Positions 53,850 through 62,956 of a stretch of 64,000 bases of DNA are shown here, one piece after another (the first letter of the stretch is position 1; each line of letters starts with the position of its first letter). Source of the DNA: an uncultured Sorangium sp. (lineage in GTDB: Bacteria > Myxococcota_A > Polyangia > Polyangiales > Polyangiaceae); contig CBINHN010000004.1 of the NCBI GenBank assembly GCA_966250485.1, positions 99,726 through 163,725 of the forward strand, read 5' to 3'. The position numbers and the translations under genes were made by a program. The notes below the pieces were generated by a model that saw only the letters and a list, made by a program, of their open reading frames with translations, was not told where the DNA came from and did no database searches.

Positions 53850-54944
53850 GTGAGCGGCGCCGCGGACGCGATCGCGAAGCCGCTGCTCGCCTGGTACGAC
53901 GCCGTCCGGCGTGATTTGCCGTTCCGCAAGACGCGCGATCCCTACGCCATCTGGATCAGCGAGATCATGCTGCAGCAAACGCAGGTCGCTACGATGCTGC
54001 CCTACTACGAGCGTTGGATGCAGCGCTTTCCGACGGTGCGCGACCTCGCCCGAGCCCACGAAGACGAGGTTCTGCACGCTTTCCAGGGGCTCGGGTACTA
54101 CTCGCGCGCCCGCAGCCTGCACCGCGCCGCGCAAGCGGTGATGGAACGCCACGCGGGCGCGCTGCCCGCCAGCGCCGAGGAGCTGTTGGGACTGCCCGGC
54201 ATCGGGCCTTATTCCGCCGGCGCGATCGCCAGCATCGCCTTCTCCGAACGCGTCCCGGTTGTCGACGGCAACGTCGTGCGCGTGCTGTGCCGCTATTTCG
54301 CGCTGTTCGGCGATCCCAGCCGCGCGCCGCTGAAGCAAACGCTGTGGTCCACCGCGCGCGAGCTGGTGCCGCGCAAACGTCCCGGTGACTTCAACCAGGC
54401 GCTGATGGAGCTCGGCGCCACGCTGTGCACCGTGAAGAGCCCCGCGTGCGCCGAGTGTCCGCTCAGCGGCGGCTGCCAGGCGCGCGAGCGGGGCCTGGTG
54501 GAGCGCCTCCCAGAGACGAAGAAGCCGCCCGCGCCCACCGCCGTCGCCATGGCTGCGGCGCTGATCGAGCGCGCGGGTCGCGTCGCCGTCGTGAAGCTGC
54601 CGCCCGCTGCGCCGCGCTGGGCCGGCATGTGGCAGTTCCCAGCGGTCGAGCTGCGCGACGGTGAGGCGCTCGCAGCGGGCGCAGCTCGCGCGGCGCGCGA
54701 GCTCGCCGCGCTGCGCGCGGAGGTGCGTGAGGAGCTCGCCACGGTGCGGCACAGCGTCACTCGCTACCGCATCACGCTCACCGCGTTCGCCTGCCGCAGC
54801 GAGCGGCGGGCGAACGCGCGCGCGGTTGAGGCGAAGCCGCAGCTCGTCGAGGCGCTGGCCTGGAGACGCGTGCACGAGCTCGACGCGCTGGCCATGCCCG
54901 CGGCGCATCGCCGGCTCGCGCAGGCGCTCGCCGCGCGGCGTTGA
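53850..54944 (+). CDS. mutY: A/G-specific adenine DNA glycosylase
   Basis: Motifs: DPYAIWISEIMLQQTQV, HhH-GPD LPGIGPYSAGAI, and an Fe-S cluster loop with C-x6-C-x2-C-x5-C spacing (CTVKSPACAECPLSGGC). A C-terminal NUDIX-like part follows. The start reads as GTG. Confidence 0.9.
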   Translation: MSGAADAIAKPLLAWYDAVRRDLPFRKTRDPYAIWISEIMLQQTQVATMLPYYERWMQRFPTVRDLARAHEDEVLHAFQGLGYYSRARSLHRAAQAVMERHAGALPASAEELLGLPGIGPYSAGAIASIAFSERVPVVDGNVVRVLCRYFALFGDPSRAPLKQTLWSTARELVPRKRPGDFNQALMELGATLCTVKSPACAECPLSGGCQARERGLVERLPETKKPPAPTAVAMAAALIERAGRVAVVKLPPAAPRWAGMWQFPAVELRDGEALAAGAARAARELAALRAEVREELATVRHSVTRYRITLTAFACRSERRANARAVEAKPQLVEALAWRRVHELDALAMPAAHRRLAQALAARR

Positions 54945-54977
54945 AGCTCGGCGCGCGCCGCTGCCGACGCCGCGCGC

Positions 54978-55970
54978 CTACGACGCCGGCGCTCTCGCGA
55001 AGCGCGCCGCGAGCCAGCTCGCGACGAACAACTGCAGCGAGTGATAGAGCAGGATGGGCAGCAAAATCACCCCGATCTGCGGCGAGCCGGGGAACAGCAG
55101 GCGCGCCAGCGGCACGCCCGAGGCGAGCGTCTTCTTCGAGCCGCAGAACATCACGGCGATGCGCTCCGGCAGAGCAAAGCCCAGCGCCCGCGTCACGGCC
55201 GCCGTCGCGAGCAACATCACGGCCAGCAACGCGACGTCGAGCAGCAACACCAACCCGAGCGTCTCCAAGCCGTAGCTCGACCACACGCGCGCCCGCACGG
55301 AGTCGCAAAACGAGGTGTAGACCAGCAGCAAAATCGCGAGCCGATCCACCAGCGATACGCGCGCGCGGTGCCGCTCCATGAACGCGCCGATCCAGCGCCG
55401 CAGCAGCTGACCCAGCGCGAGCGGCAACATCAACCAGCGCAGCAGATCCACGATCACGCCGGCCAGCGACAGCGAGCCGCCGCCCTGCCCTGCGAAGAGG
55501 CTCACCCACGCCGGCGTCACGAAGACGCCGAGCACGCTGGACAGCGTGGCGTTGAACAGCGCGGTCGGGACATTGCCGCGCGCCGCGGCGGTCAACGCGA
55601 CCGAGGAGGACACCGTGGACGGCAAGGCGCACAAAAAGAACACGCCGAGCGCGAGCGGCGCGCCGAGCCAGGCGCCGAGCGCCCAGCACACCAGCAGCCC
55701 CAGCGCTGGAAACACCAGGTACGTCGCCGCCTGGGTCACCAGGTGCGCGCGCCAGTTGAAGACCCCACGCCGCAAGGCGCTGGTCGACAGCAGCGCGCCG
55801 TGGAAGAAGAAGATCAGCGCGACGCTGAGCTTGTTCGTGAGCTCTGGATGCAAGAACCCGCCCGCCGCGCCCGGCCCTGGCGCGAGCCAGGCGAGCGCAG
55901 CGGCGAGCGCGAGCGCGGGCGGGAACCAATCGCGACGCTGCCGGCCGTCGCGCGGCGGCTCGCCGCTCAC
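54978..55970 (-). CDS. Bile acid:sodium symporter (BASS/SBF-like) family membrane transporter
   Basis: 330 aa and highly hydrophobic, with multiple predicted TM helices. Family-like motifs: ALPSTVSSSVALT and FCGSKKTLASGVP. The GTG start overlaps the aceE stop by 4 nt. Confidence 0.7.
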   Translation of the reverse strand: MSGEPPRDGRQRRDWFPPALALAAALAWLAPGPGAAGGFLHPELTNKLSVALIFFFHGALLSTSALRRGVFNWRAHLVTQAATYLVFPALGLLVCWALGAWLGAPLALGVFFLCALPSTVSSSVALTAAARGNVPTALFNATLSSVLGVFVTPAWVSLFAGQGGGSLSLAGVIVDLLRWLMLPLALGQLLRRWIGAFMERHRARVSLVDRLAILLLVYTSFCDSVRARVWSSYGLETLGLVLLLDVALLAVMLLATAAVTRALGFALPERIAVMFCGSKKTLASGVPLARLLFPGSPQIGVILLPILLYHSLQLFVASWLAARFARAPAS

Positions 55971-58645
55971 ACCGACAGGGGCTCGACCTTACCGGCGTCG
56001 ACGCCGAGGTCGTGGATGGCCTTGGCCAGCTCGGAGGAGCTGATTTTGCCTTCCTGGCGCAGCGCGTCGAGCGCGCCGATCACGATGTTCTCGGCGTCTA
56101 CCTCGAAATGCCGGCGCAATGCCTCGCGCGAGTCGCTCATGCCGAAGCCGTCAGTGCCCATCGGCACGAGCCGCCCCGGGAGCCAACGCCCGATCAGATC
56201 CGCCGTGGCCTTGACGTAGTCGGAGGCCGTGATGAACGGCCCCTTCACGCCCTCGAGCGCGCGCGTAATGTACGGGACGCGCGGCTCCGCGTCGGGGTGC
56301 AGGCGGTTCCAGCGCTCGCACGAGAGCGCGTCGCTGCGCAGCTGCTGATAGCTGGTGACGCTCCACACGTCCGACGAGATCTGGAAACGCTCCTCGAGCA
56401 GCGCCTGCGCGCGCAGCACCTCGCGCAAGATCGAGCCGCTGCCGAACAGCTCTACGTGGCGTTCGCGCCGCTTCTCGGCGGGCTTGAAGCGATACAGCCC
56501 CTGGAGCACGCCCGCCTTCGCCCCTTCGGGCATGGGCGGCATCTGGTAATTCTCGTTCTGCAGCGTGATGTAATAGTAGACGTTCTCGTCCTTGTTGATC
56601 ATGCGGTCGAGGCCGTCCTCGATGATCGCGGCGAGCTCGAAGGCGAACGCGACATCATAAGAGCGGCACGACGGCACCGTCATGGCGTGCAGCAGGCTGT
56701 GCCCGTCCTCGTGCTGCAGACCCTCACCGTTCAGGGTGGTGCGGCCGGCGGTGGCGCCGAGCACGAAGCCGCGCGCCATCTGATCCCCCGCCGCCCACAG
56801 CTGGTCACCGGTGCGCTGAAACCCGAACATCGAATAGAAGATGTAAAACGGGATCATCGTCTGCCCATGCGTCGCGTAGGACGTCGCGGCAGCGATGAAC
56901 GACGCCATCGAGCCGGCCTCGGTGATGCCCTCTTCCAGCACCTGGCCGTCCTTGGTCTCGCGGTAATAGAGCAGCTTGCCCTTATCGATGGGCTCGTACA
57001 GCTGGCCCTGCGCGGCGTAGATGCCCACCTGGCTGAAGAGCGCGTCCAGGCCGAAGGTGCGCGCTTCGTCGGGCACGATGGGCACGATGCGCTTGCCGAT
57101 CTGCTTGTCGCGGATGAGCTTGGAGAGCAGGCGCGCGAACACCATCGTGGTGGACGCTTCGCCCTTGCCCATGCCCTTGTAGAACTCTTCGTACAGATCC
57201 GGCTTGGGCAGCTCGAGCTTGACGTCCACCGAGACGCGGCGCTCTGGCAGGCAGCCGCCGAGCGCGCGGCGGCGCTCCATCAGGTAGCGCACCTCGGGGC
57301 TGTCCTTGCCGGGGTGATAATAGGGCGGATCCTCGAGCTCGGAGTCGGCGATGGGCAGCTCCAGAATGTCGCGGAACGCGCGCAGCTCGTTGCTCTCGAA
57401 CTTCTTGCGCTGGTGCGTGACGTTGCTGCCCTCGAAGCCCTCGCCCAGCATCCAACCCTTCACGGTGTGCGCCAGGATCGCGACCGGGCGGCCCTGACCG
57501 AGCAGCTGCGCGGCGCGGTGATACGCGGCGTAGACCTTCGTCTGGCTGTGACCGCCGCGGCGCAGCTTGCCGATCTGCTCGTCCGTGAGATGGCTGACGG
57601 TCGCGAGCATGCGCGGATCCTTCGCGAAGAACTGCTCGCGCACGACCTGGCCGCTCGCCGTCGTGAAGCGCTGCCACTGACCATCGACGACGGTGTTCAG
57701 GTGATCGCGTAGCACCCCTTCGCTGTCGCGCGCGAAGATGGCGTCCCACTCCGGGCCCCAGATCACCTTGATGACGTGCCAGCCGGCGCCGCGGAACACG
57801 GCCTCGAGATCTTGGATGATCTTACCGTTGCCGCGCACCGGACCGTCCAGGCGCTGCAGGTTGCAGTTGACGACCCAGCACAGGTTGTCGAGCCGCTCGC
57901 GCGCCGCGATGCTGAGCGCGCCGAGGGTCTCCGGCTCGTCACTCTCGCCGTCGCCGACGAAGCACCACACGCGCTGCTCGGAGGTGTCCTTGATGCCGCG
58001 CGCGTGCAGGTAGCGGTTGAAGCGCGCCTGATAAATCGAGCCGATCGGGCCGAGGCCCATGCTGACCGTGGGAAACTCCCAATAGTCAGGCATCAAGCGC
58101 GGGTGCGGATAGGACGAGAGCCCCTTGCCACGCTCCGCCTCGCGCCTGAAGCGCTCCAGCTGCTCCATGCTCAGGCGGCCTTCCAGGTACGAGCGCGCGT
58201 AAATGCCCGGCACGGCGTGGCCCTGGAAATAAATCTGATCGCCGCGGCCTGGGGCGTCCTTGCCACGGAAGAAATGATTGAAGCCCACTTCGTACAGCGT
58301 CGCGCTCGACGCGTACGTCGAGATGTGACCACCGATGCCCGAGGAGTGATGGTTCGCGCGGTGCACCATCACGGCCGCGTTCCAGCGCAGGATGCGACGG
58401 ATGCGGCGCTCGAGCTGCTCGTCACCGGGGAACTGCGGCTCCTGCTCGACAGGGATCGTGTTCACGTAATCCGTGTTGAGCGGCAGCAGCGGCTCCACGC
58501 CGCGGCGGCGGCCGGCGTCGATCACCTTCTCGAGCAGAAATCGCGCGCGTTCGCGGCCTTCGTGCTCGACGACGGCGTCCAGCGACTCGACCCACTCCCG
58601 GGTCTCCTGTGGGTCTCGATCGGAATCAGGCCTGTAGCTGTCCAC
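55967..58645 (-). CDS. aceE: Pyruvate dehydrogenase E1 component, homodimeric type
   Basis: 892 aa. N-terminus: DPQETREWVESLDAVVEHEG. Motifs: GGHISTYASSATLYEVGFNHFFRG, GDGESDEPE, GPTHQ-like HEDGHS. The length and motifs are typical of AceE. The start reads as GTG. Confidence 0.92.
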   Translation of the reverse strand: MDSYRPDSDRDPQETREWVESLDAVVEHEGRERARFLLEKVIDAGRRRGVEPLLPLNTDYVNTIPVEQEPQFPGDEQLERRIRRILRWNAAVMVHRANHHSSGIGGHISTYASSATLYEVGFNHFFRGKDAPGRGDQIYFQGHAVPGIYARSYLEGRLSMEQLERFRREAERGKGLSSYPHPRLMPDYWEFPTVSMGLGPIGSIYQARFNRYLHARGIKDTSEQRVWCFVGDGESDEPETLGALSIAARERLDNLCWVVNCNLQRLDGPVRGNGKIIQDLEAVFRGAGWHVIKVIWGPEWDAIFARDSEGVLRDHLNTVVDGQWQRFTTASGQVVREQFFAKDPRMLATVSHLTDEQIGKLRRGGHSQTKVYAAYHRAAQLLGQGRPVAILAHTVKGWMLGEGFEGSNVTHQRKKFESNELRAFRDILELPIADSELEDPPYYHPGKDSPEVRYLMERRRALGGCLPERRVSVDVKLELPKPDLYEEFYKGMGKGEASTTMVFARLLSKLIRDKQIGKRIVPIVPDEARTFGLDALFSQVGIYAAQGQLYEPIDKGKLLYYRETKDGQVLEEGITEAGSMASFIAAATSYATHGQTMIPFYIFYSMFGFQRTGDQLWAAGDQMARGFVLGATAGRTTLNGEGLQHEDGHSLLHAMTVPSCRSYDVAFAFELAAIIEDGLDRMINKDENVYYYITLQNENYQMPPMPEGAKAGVLQGLYRFKPAEKRRERHVELFGSGSILREVLRAQALLEERFQISSDVWSVTSYQQLRSDALSCERWNRLHPDAEPRVPYITRALEGVKGPFITASDYVKATADLIGRWLPGRLVPMGTDGFGMSDSREALRRHFEVDAENIVIGALDALRQEGKISSSELAKAIHDLGVDAGKVEPLSV

Positions 58646-58676
58646 TCTGCGGTCCTCTCGGGGGGGCCGAATACCT

Positions 58677-60017
58677 ATGCCGGACCGCGCGTGTATTCAA
58701 GGTCGACGGCTGATTTGGTGCAGGGTGTCGGGTGGCGTGTGGCGGCTCACTACAACGCCGCGCAGTTCCGCCGCGCTCGGCCGGGCTTGCGGTCGGTGCG
58801 CGCGGGCCCACTATTCGCTCCGCGTGCCCCGTCCCCTCGCTTTCGCGCTCTTTTTTACGACCGCCCTCAGCTTGGTAGCGGGAGTGCATTACTTCATTTG
58901 GGTGCGATTAATCCGGGATCCGGGCTTTTCGCCGCTGACGCAGCGCTGGCTGACGCTGTTGCTCTGGTCGCTGTTCGCGAGCGTTCCTGGCGGCTTGATC
59001 CTGTCGCGAATCCTGGAAAACGCCGTCGGTCGCGCGCTGAGCTGGGTGGCGTTCATCTGGCTGGGCATGGTGCTGATCCTGCTCGTCGTGCTGGGCGGGC
59101 TCGAATTGTTTCGGGCAGGAGTCGAGCTCGCGCTGCGCGCGACGAACCCTGCGGCGGCCGCAGATCCGGAGCGGCGTCGCTTCCTCGCTCGCGCGCTGGC
59201 GCTGGGCGGCAGCGTCGTGGCGGCGGCGCTCGGGTTGAGCGCGCTGCGTTCCGGCCTGTCGCGCGTGCTCGCTCGTGAAGTGCGGGTGCGCCTCGAGCGG
59301 CTGCCGAGCGAGCTCGACGGCTTCACCATCGTTCAGCTCACGGACGTTCACATCGGGCCCACGCTGCGCGGCGAATTTCTCAGCGAGGTCGTGCGCACCG
59401 CGAATGCGTTGAAGCCCGACGTGATCGCCATCACCGGCGACCTCGTCGACGGCTCCGTGGAAGAGCTGCGCGAGCACGTCGCGCCGCTCGCCGAGCTGCG
59501 CGCTCGCTACGGCGTGTTCTTCGTGACCGGCAATCACGAGTACTACTCGGGCGTCGAGGAGTGGTGCGCGGAGCTCGGTAGGCTCGGCGTTCGCGTCTTG
59601 CGCAACGAACGCGTCGCCATCGGTACGCCCAGCGCGAGCTTCGACCTGGCCGGCGTCGACGACTATCAGGGCGCACGGTTCGGCGACGGGCACGGCGCCG
59701 ATCTGGCGCGCGCGACGCGGGGCCGCGACGCGACGCGGGAGCTGGTCCTGCTCGCTCATCAGCCGAAGGCGGTGTTCGAAGCGGTCGAGCGCGGCGTCGG
59801 TCTGCAATTATCGGGGCACACCCACGGAGGACAAATCTGGCCCTGGAATCTGCTGGTTCGCCTGCAGCAACCGGTGGTCTCCGGGCTGGCGCGCTTCGGG
59901 CGCACGCTGGTGTACGTGAGCAACGGCACCGGCTATTGGGGGCCTCCGATGCGGCTCGGCGCGCCCGCGGAGGTGACCAAGGTGGTGCTGCTCGCGCCGC
60001 CCGAAGTCGCCGTCTAG
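58677..60017 (+). CDS. Membrane-anchored metallophosphoesterase (calcineurin-like)
   Basis: N-terminal TM helices (FALFFTTALSLVAGVHYFIW and others). Phosphoesterase motifs: LTDVHIG, GDLVDG, GNHEYY, GHTHGG. The true start is probably downstream of 58677 (for example the in-frame GTG near 58824), because the first 49 residues are Arg/Cys-rich and the annotated start is only 31 nt from the divergent aceE start. Confidence 0.75.
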   Translation: MPDRACIQGRRLIWCRVSGGVWRLTTTPRSSAALGRACGRCARAHYSLRVPRPLAFALFFTTALSLVAGVHYFIWVRLIRDPGFSPLTQRWLTLLLWSLFASVPGGLILSRILENAVGRALSWVAFIWLGMVLILLVVLGGLELFRAGVELALRATNPAAAADPERRRFLARALALGGSVVAAALGLSALRSGLSRVLAREVRVRLERLPSELDGFTIVQLTDVHIGPTLRGEFLSEVVRTANALKPDVIAITGDLVDGSVEELREHVAPLAELRARYGVFFVTGNHEYYSGVEEWCAELGRLGVRVLRNERVAIGTPSASFDLAGVDDYQGARFGDGHGADLARATRGRDATRELVLLAHQPKAVFEAVERGVGLQLSGHTHGGQIWPWNLLVRLQQPVVSGLARFGRTLVYVSNGTGYWGPPMRLGAPAEVTKVVLLAPPEVAV

Positions 60018-61615
60018 AGCGCGGCTCCGGTTCCGGCCCGCTGAAAAGCGGGCTTCGCGAGGATGGCGCGAGCGACGCGCACGCCGTCGAGCGCAGCGCT
60101 CACGATGCCGCCCGCGTAGCCCGCGCCCTCGCCCGTCGGGTAAAAATCGCGCAGGCCGCGCGCCTGCAGCGAGCTCGCGTCGCGCACGACGCGCACGGGC
60201 GCGCTGGTGCGGGACTCGACGCCGATCAACACCGCTTCGTCCGTGAGATAGCCGGGCATGCGCCGCGCGAACACCTGCAGCGCCGCGGCCAAGCGCGCGG
60301 CGATGGGCACGCGCGCGGCGTCGAGGACGGCCCACAGCTCTGCCGCTACTACGCCGGGGATATAGCTCGACTCCGGCACCGTCGACGACGCGCGGCGGCG
60401 TACGAAATCACCGGGGCGCGCCGCGGGCGCGCGCAGCTCACCGCCGCCCGCCTCGAACGCCGCGCGCTCGATGACGCGCTGAAACTCCACGCCGCCGAGC
60501 GGGCCGCTGAAGCCGGCGCGTTCCCAGTCGCCGGGCTCCACGGCGACGACGAGCCCGGAGTTTGCGTGCGGCGAGCTGCGGCGCGACAAGCTCATGCCGT
60601 TCACGACCAACGCGCCGGGCTCGGTCGCGGCCGGAACGACCCAACCCCCCGGGCACATACAAAAGCTGAACACACCGCGCCCGTTGACCTCATGAGCGAT
60701 GCGATAGGCGGCGTTGGGGAGCCGCGGGTGGTCGGCCACGGCGCCGTATTGAATGCGATTGATCAGCGGCTGCGGATGTTCGATGCGCACGCCCAGGGCG
60801 AAGGCCTTGGGCTCGAGCGTGAGCCCGTTCGCGAGCAGCAGCTCGAGCACGTCGCGCGCGGAGTGACCCGTCGCGCAAACCACGGCGTCTCCCAGCACCT
60901 CGCTGCCGTCCGCGAGCCGCACGCCGAGCACGCGGCGCTCCGCGCCCTGCCCTTCGCTGAGCAGCCCCGTCACGCGCGCGCCGAAGCGGAACTCGCTGCC
61001 CGCGCGCAGCAGCTCCTCGCGCAACGCGCTGACGACCTTCGGCAAGCGGTTGCTGCCGATGTGCGGTCGAGCGTCGACGAGCACCTCATTGGGCGCGCCG
61101 TGCTCGGCCAACACCAACAACACGTCGCGCACGCTGCCGCGCTTGTGGGCGCGCGTGTAGAGCTTGCCATCGCTGTACGTCCCAGCTCCGCCCTCCCCGA
61201 AGCAGTAGTTGCTGTCGGGATCGACGTGTCCGCGGCTGTTCAGCGCCTTCAAATCGTGACGGCGCGGCTGGACCAGCTTGCCGCGGTCGAGCACGATGCT
61301 GCGCACACCGCAGCAGGCCAGCTCATGCGCGCAGAATAGCCCGGCCGGGCCATCGCCGATGATGATCACGCGCTGCGCGCCGCTCACCGGCCGCGGGCGG
61401 CGCACGGTCTCCGGAGCCTCGTCGCCGATGGAGAGCAACAGCTGGAAGCGCACCGCGCCACGCCGCGCGTCGATGCTGCGGCGACGCACGCTGACGTTGG
61501 GAAGCTCACTCGCGGGGCGCCCCAAGCGGCGCGCCGCCAGCCGTCTCAGGCTCTCGGCGTCGTCGGCCTCGTCGAGGCCGAGCTCCAGCTCGAGCTCTGC
61601 GGGCGGCACAGTCAT
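60014..61615 (-). CDS. FAD/NAD(P)-dependent oxidoreductase (uncharacterised FAD-dependent dehydrogenase family)
   Basis: 533 aa. Rossmann motif VIIIGDGPAGLFCA, then FGEGGAGTYSDGKL and a C-terminal GEGAGYAGGI. Confidence 0.75.
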   Translation of the reverse strand: MTVPPAELELELGLDEADDAESLRRLAARRLGRPASELPNVSVRRRSIDARRGAVRFQLLLSIGDEAPETVRRPRPVSGAQRVIIIGDGPAGLFCAHELACCGVRSIVLDRGKLVQPRRHDLKALNSRGHVDPDSNYCFGEGGAGTYSDGKLYTRAHKRGSVRDVLLVLAEHGAPNEVLVDARPHIGSNRLPKVVSALREELLRAGSEFRFGARVTGLLSEGQGAERRVLGVRLADGSEVLGDAVVCATGHSARDVLELLLANGLTLEPKAFALGVRIEHPQPLINRIQYGAVADHPRLPNAAYRIAHEVNGRGVFSFCMCPGGWVVPAATEPGALVVNGMSLSRRSSPHANSGLVVAVEPGDWERAGFSGPLGGVEFQRVIERAAFEAGGGELRAPAARPGDFVRRRASSTVPESSYIPGVVAAELWAVLDAARVPIAARLAAALQVFARRMPGYLTDEAVLIGVESRTSAPVRVVRDASSLQARGLRDFYPTGEGAGYAGGIVSAALDGVRVARAILAKPAFQRAGTGAAL

Positions 61616-61686
61616 GCGCGGGCGATATCACACAGCCGCGCGGAAGGCCTTCCGAATGTGGTCTCGCGCGGCTATCGTCCGGCGGC

Positions 61687-62256
61687 GTGGAGCCGCGGAA
61701 CCCCCCGCAGAACGAGCCCGACGACGTGGCGCTGGTGCGCGCCATGGCTCGCGGTGACGCGAGCGCGCTCGGCGTGCTCTACGACCGACACGCGCCCGTG
61801 CTCCTCGCCTTGGCCCAGCGCATCGTCGGAGCGCGCGCCGAAGCCGAGGATTTGGTGCACGAGGTGTTCTTGGAGACGTGGCAGAAGGCCGCTTCTTATG
61901 ACGCGGAGCGCGCCAGCGTACGAGCCTGGCTGCTGCTGCGCGCTCGCAGCCGCTGCCTAGATCTCAAGAAGTCGGCTCGCGTCGCGCGCCGCTCTCCGGT
62001 GGACGCCAGCGCGCTCGACGAGCTGAGCGACCCCAGCGCGCTGGCTGCAATTTCCCCTGATCGTGGCAGAATACGAGCCGTGATGCTGAGCCTGCCGCGA
62101 GAACAGCAGAGCGTGCTGCTGCTCGGCTATTTCGAGGGCTTGAGCTCGAGCGAAATCGCGAGCGCGCTCTCGATCCCCATCGGGACGGTGAAGAGCCGGA
62201 CCGCGGCGGCGCTCGCCGCGCTGCGCAGCGCGCTGGCCAGCGAGGGTGCGCCATGA
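61687..62256 (+). CDS. ECF-type (sigma-70 family) RNA polymerase sigma factor
   Basis: Region 2: DLVHEVFLETWQKAASYD. Region 4 HTH: LSSSEIASALSIPIGTVKSRTAAAL. 189 aa. The start reads as GTG. Confidence 0.85.
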   Translation: MEPRNPPQNEPDDVALVRAMARGDASALGVLYDRHAPVLLALAQRIVGARAEAEDLVHEVFLETWQKAASYDAERASVRAWLLLRARSRCLDLKKSARVARRSPVDASALDELSDPSALAAISPDRGRIRAVMLSLPREQQSVLLLGYFEGLSSSEIASALSIPIGTVKSRTAAALAALRSALASEGAP

Positions 62257-62822
62257 CGCGCGACGAACTGTTCGCCGAGCTCGTCTGCACGGAGGAGGAT
62301 CACGCGGCGCTCGCCGAGCTCGCGACGCTGCTCGAGCCGCTGCCCGTCAGCGCCAGCGCGCGGGCGCGCCTGCTCGCGGCCGTCGCCGCGCCCGCGCTGC
62401 GCTGGGCGCCGCTGTTCGAGAAGCTCGCGCGCTTCTTCGATTTGCCGCGAGCGGCGCTGACAGCGCTGAGTGAGCGCGCAGCGAAGGACGAAGAGTGGGA
62501 GAGCGCGCCGCTCGACGGCGTGCGGCTGTTGCATCTGAGCGGCGGCCCGGCGCTGGGCGGCGCGGACGCGGGCCTAGTGTGGCTGAAGCCCGGTCTGCAC
62601 TTTCCCGAGCATCGCCACCTCGGCGAAGAGCGCACGCTGATTTTGGAAGGCAGCGTCCGCTACGATAGCGGCCAAATCCAAGGCCCCGGGGACACGCTGC
62701 GGATGCCGGCGGGCTCGCGGCACAGCTTCGCGGTCACCTCCGAGCAGCCGCTCATCTATGCGTTGATTTTGCACGACGCAGTCGAGATCGCTGGCCAACG
62801 CTTCCCGCCGATCACTGGCTAG
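62253..62822 (+). CDS. Cupin-domain protein, ChrR-like putative anti-sigma factor partner
   Basis: The ATG overlaps the sigma-factor stop (ATGA). The C-terminal cupin has FPEHRHLGEERTLILEG and PAGSRHSF. I saw no HxxxCxxC zinc motif in the N-terminal part, so the anti-sigma role rests on context. Confidence 0.55.
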   Translation: MTRDELFAELVCTEEDHAALAELATLLEPLPVSASARARLLAAVAAPALRWAPLFEKLARFFDLPRAALTALSERAAKDEEWESAPLDGVRLLHLSGGPALGGADAGLVWLKPGLHFPEHRHLGEERTLILEGSVRYDSGQIQGPGDTLRMPAGSRHSFAVTSEQPLIYALILHDAVEIAGQRFPPITG

Positions 62823-62956
62823 GTATCGCAAGTTTCTTTAAGACAACACTCCACGCCTGAAGTTTTCTGCGCGCTACGCCGGTATCAGGTGACTTTCCTC
62901 CACTCGCACGCCACAGCGCGCACGCCACTTTCGAGATAGAGTCCGGGGCCGCCAGG

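Noticed and set aside
53655-54908. A 417-aa minus-strand ORF lies opposite mutY. Similar shadow ORFs are 54778..55929, 55041..56219, 56012..57712, 57776..59278, 59936..61339, 62885..63805, 63031..63687 and 48121..49104.
   Set aside because: Each is antisense to a gene with strong family motifs (mutY, BASS, aceE, FAD oxidoreductase, Cys-rich lipoprotein, PaaK-like ligase) and has an Arg/Ala-rich, motif-free translation.
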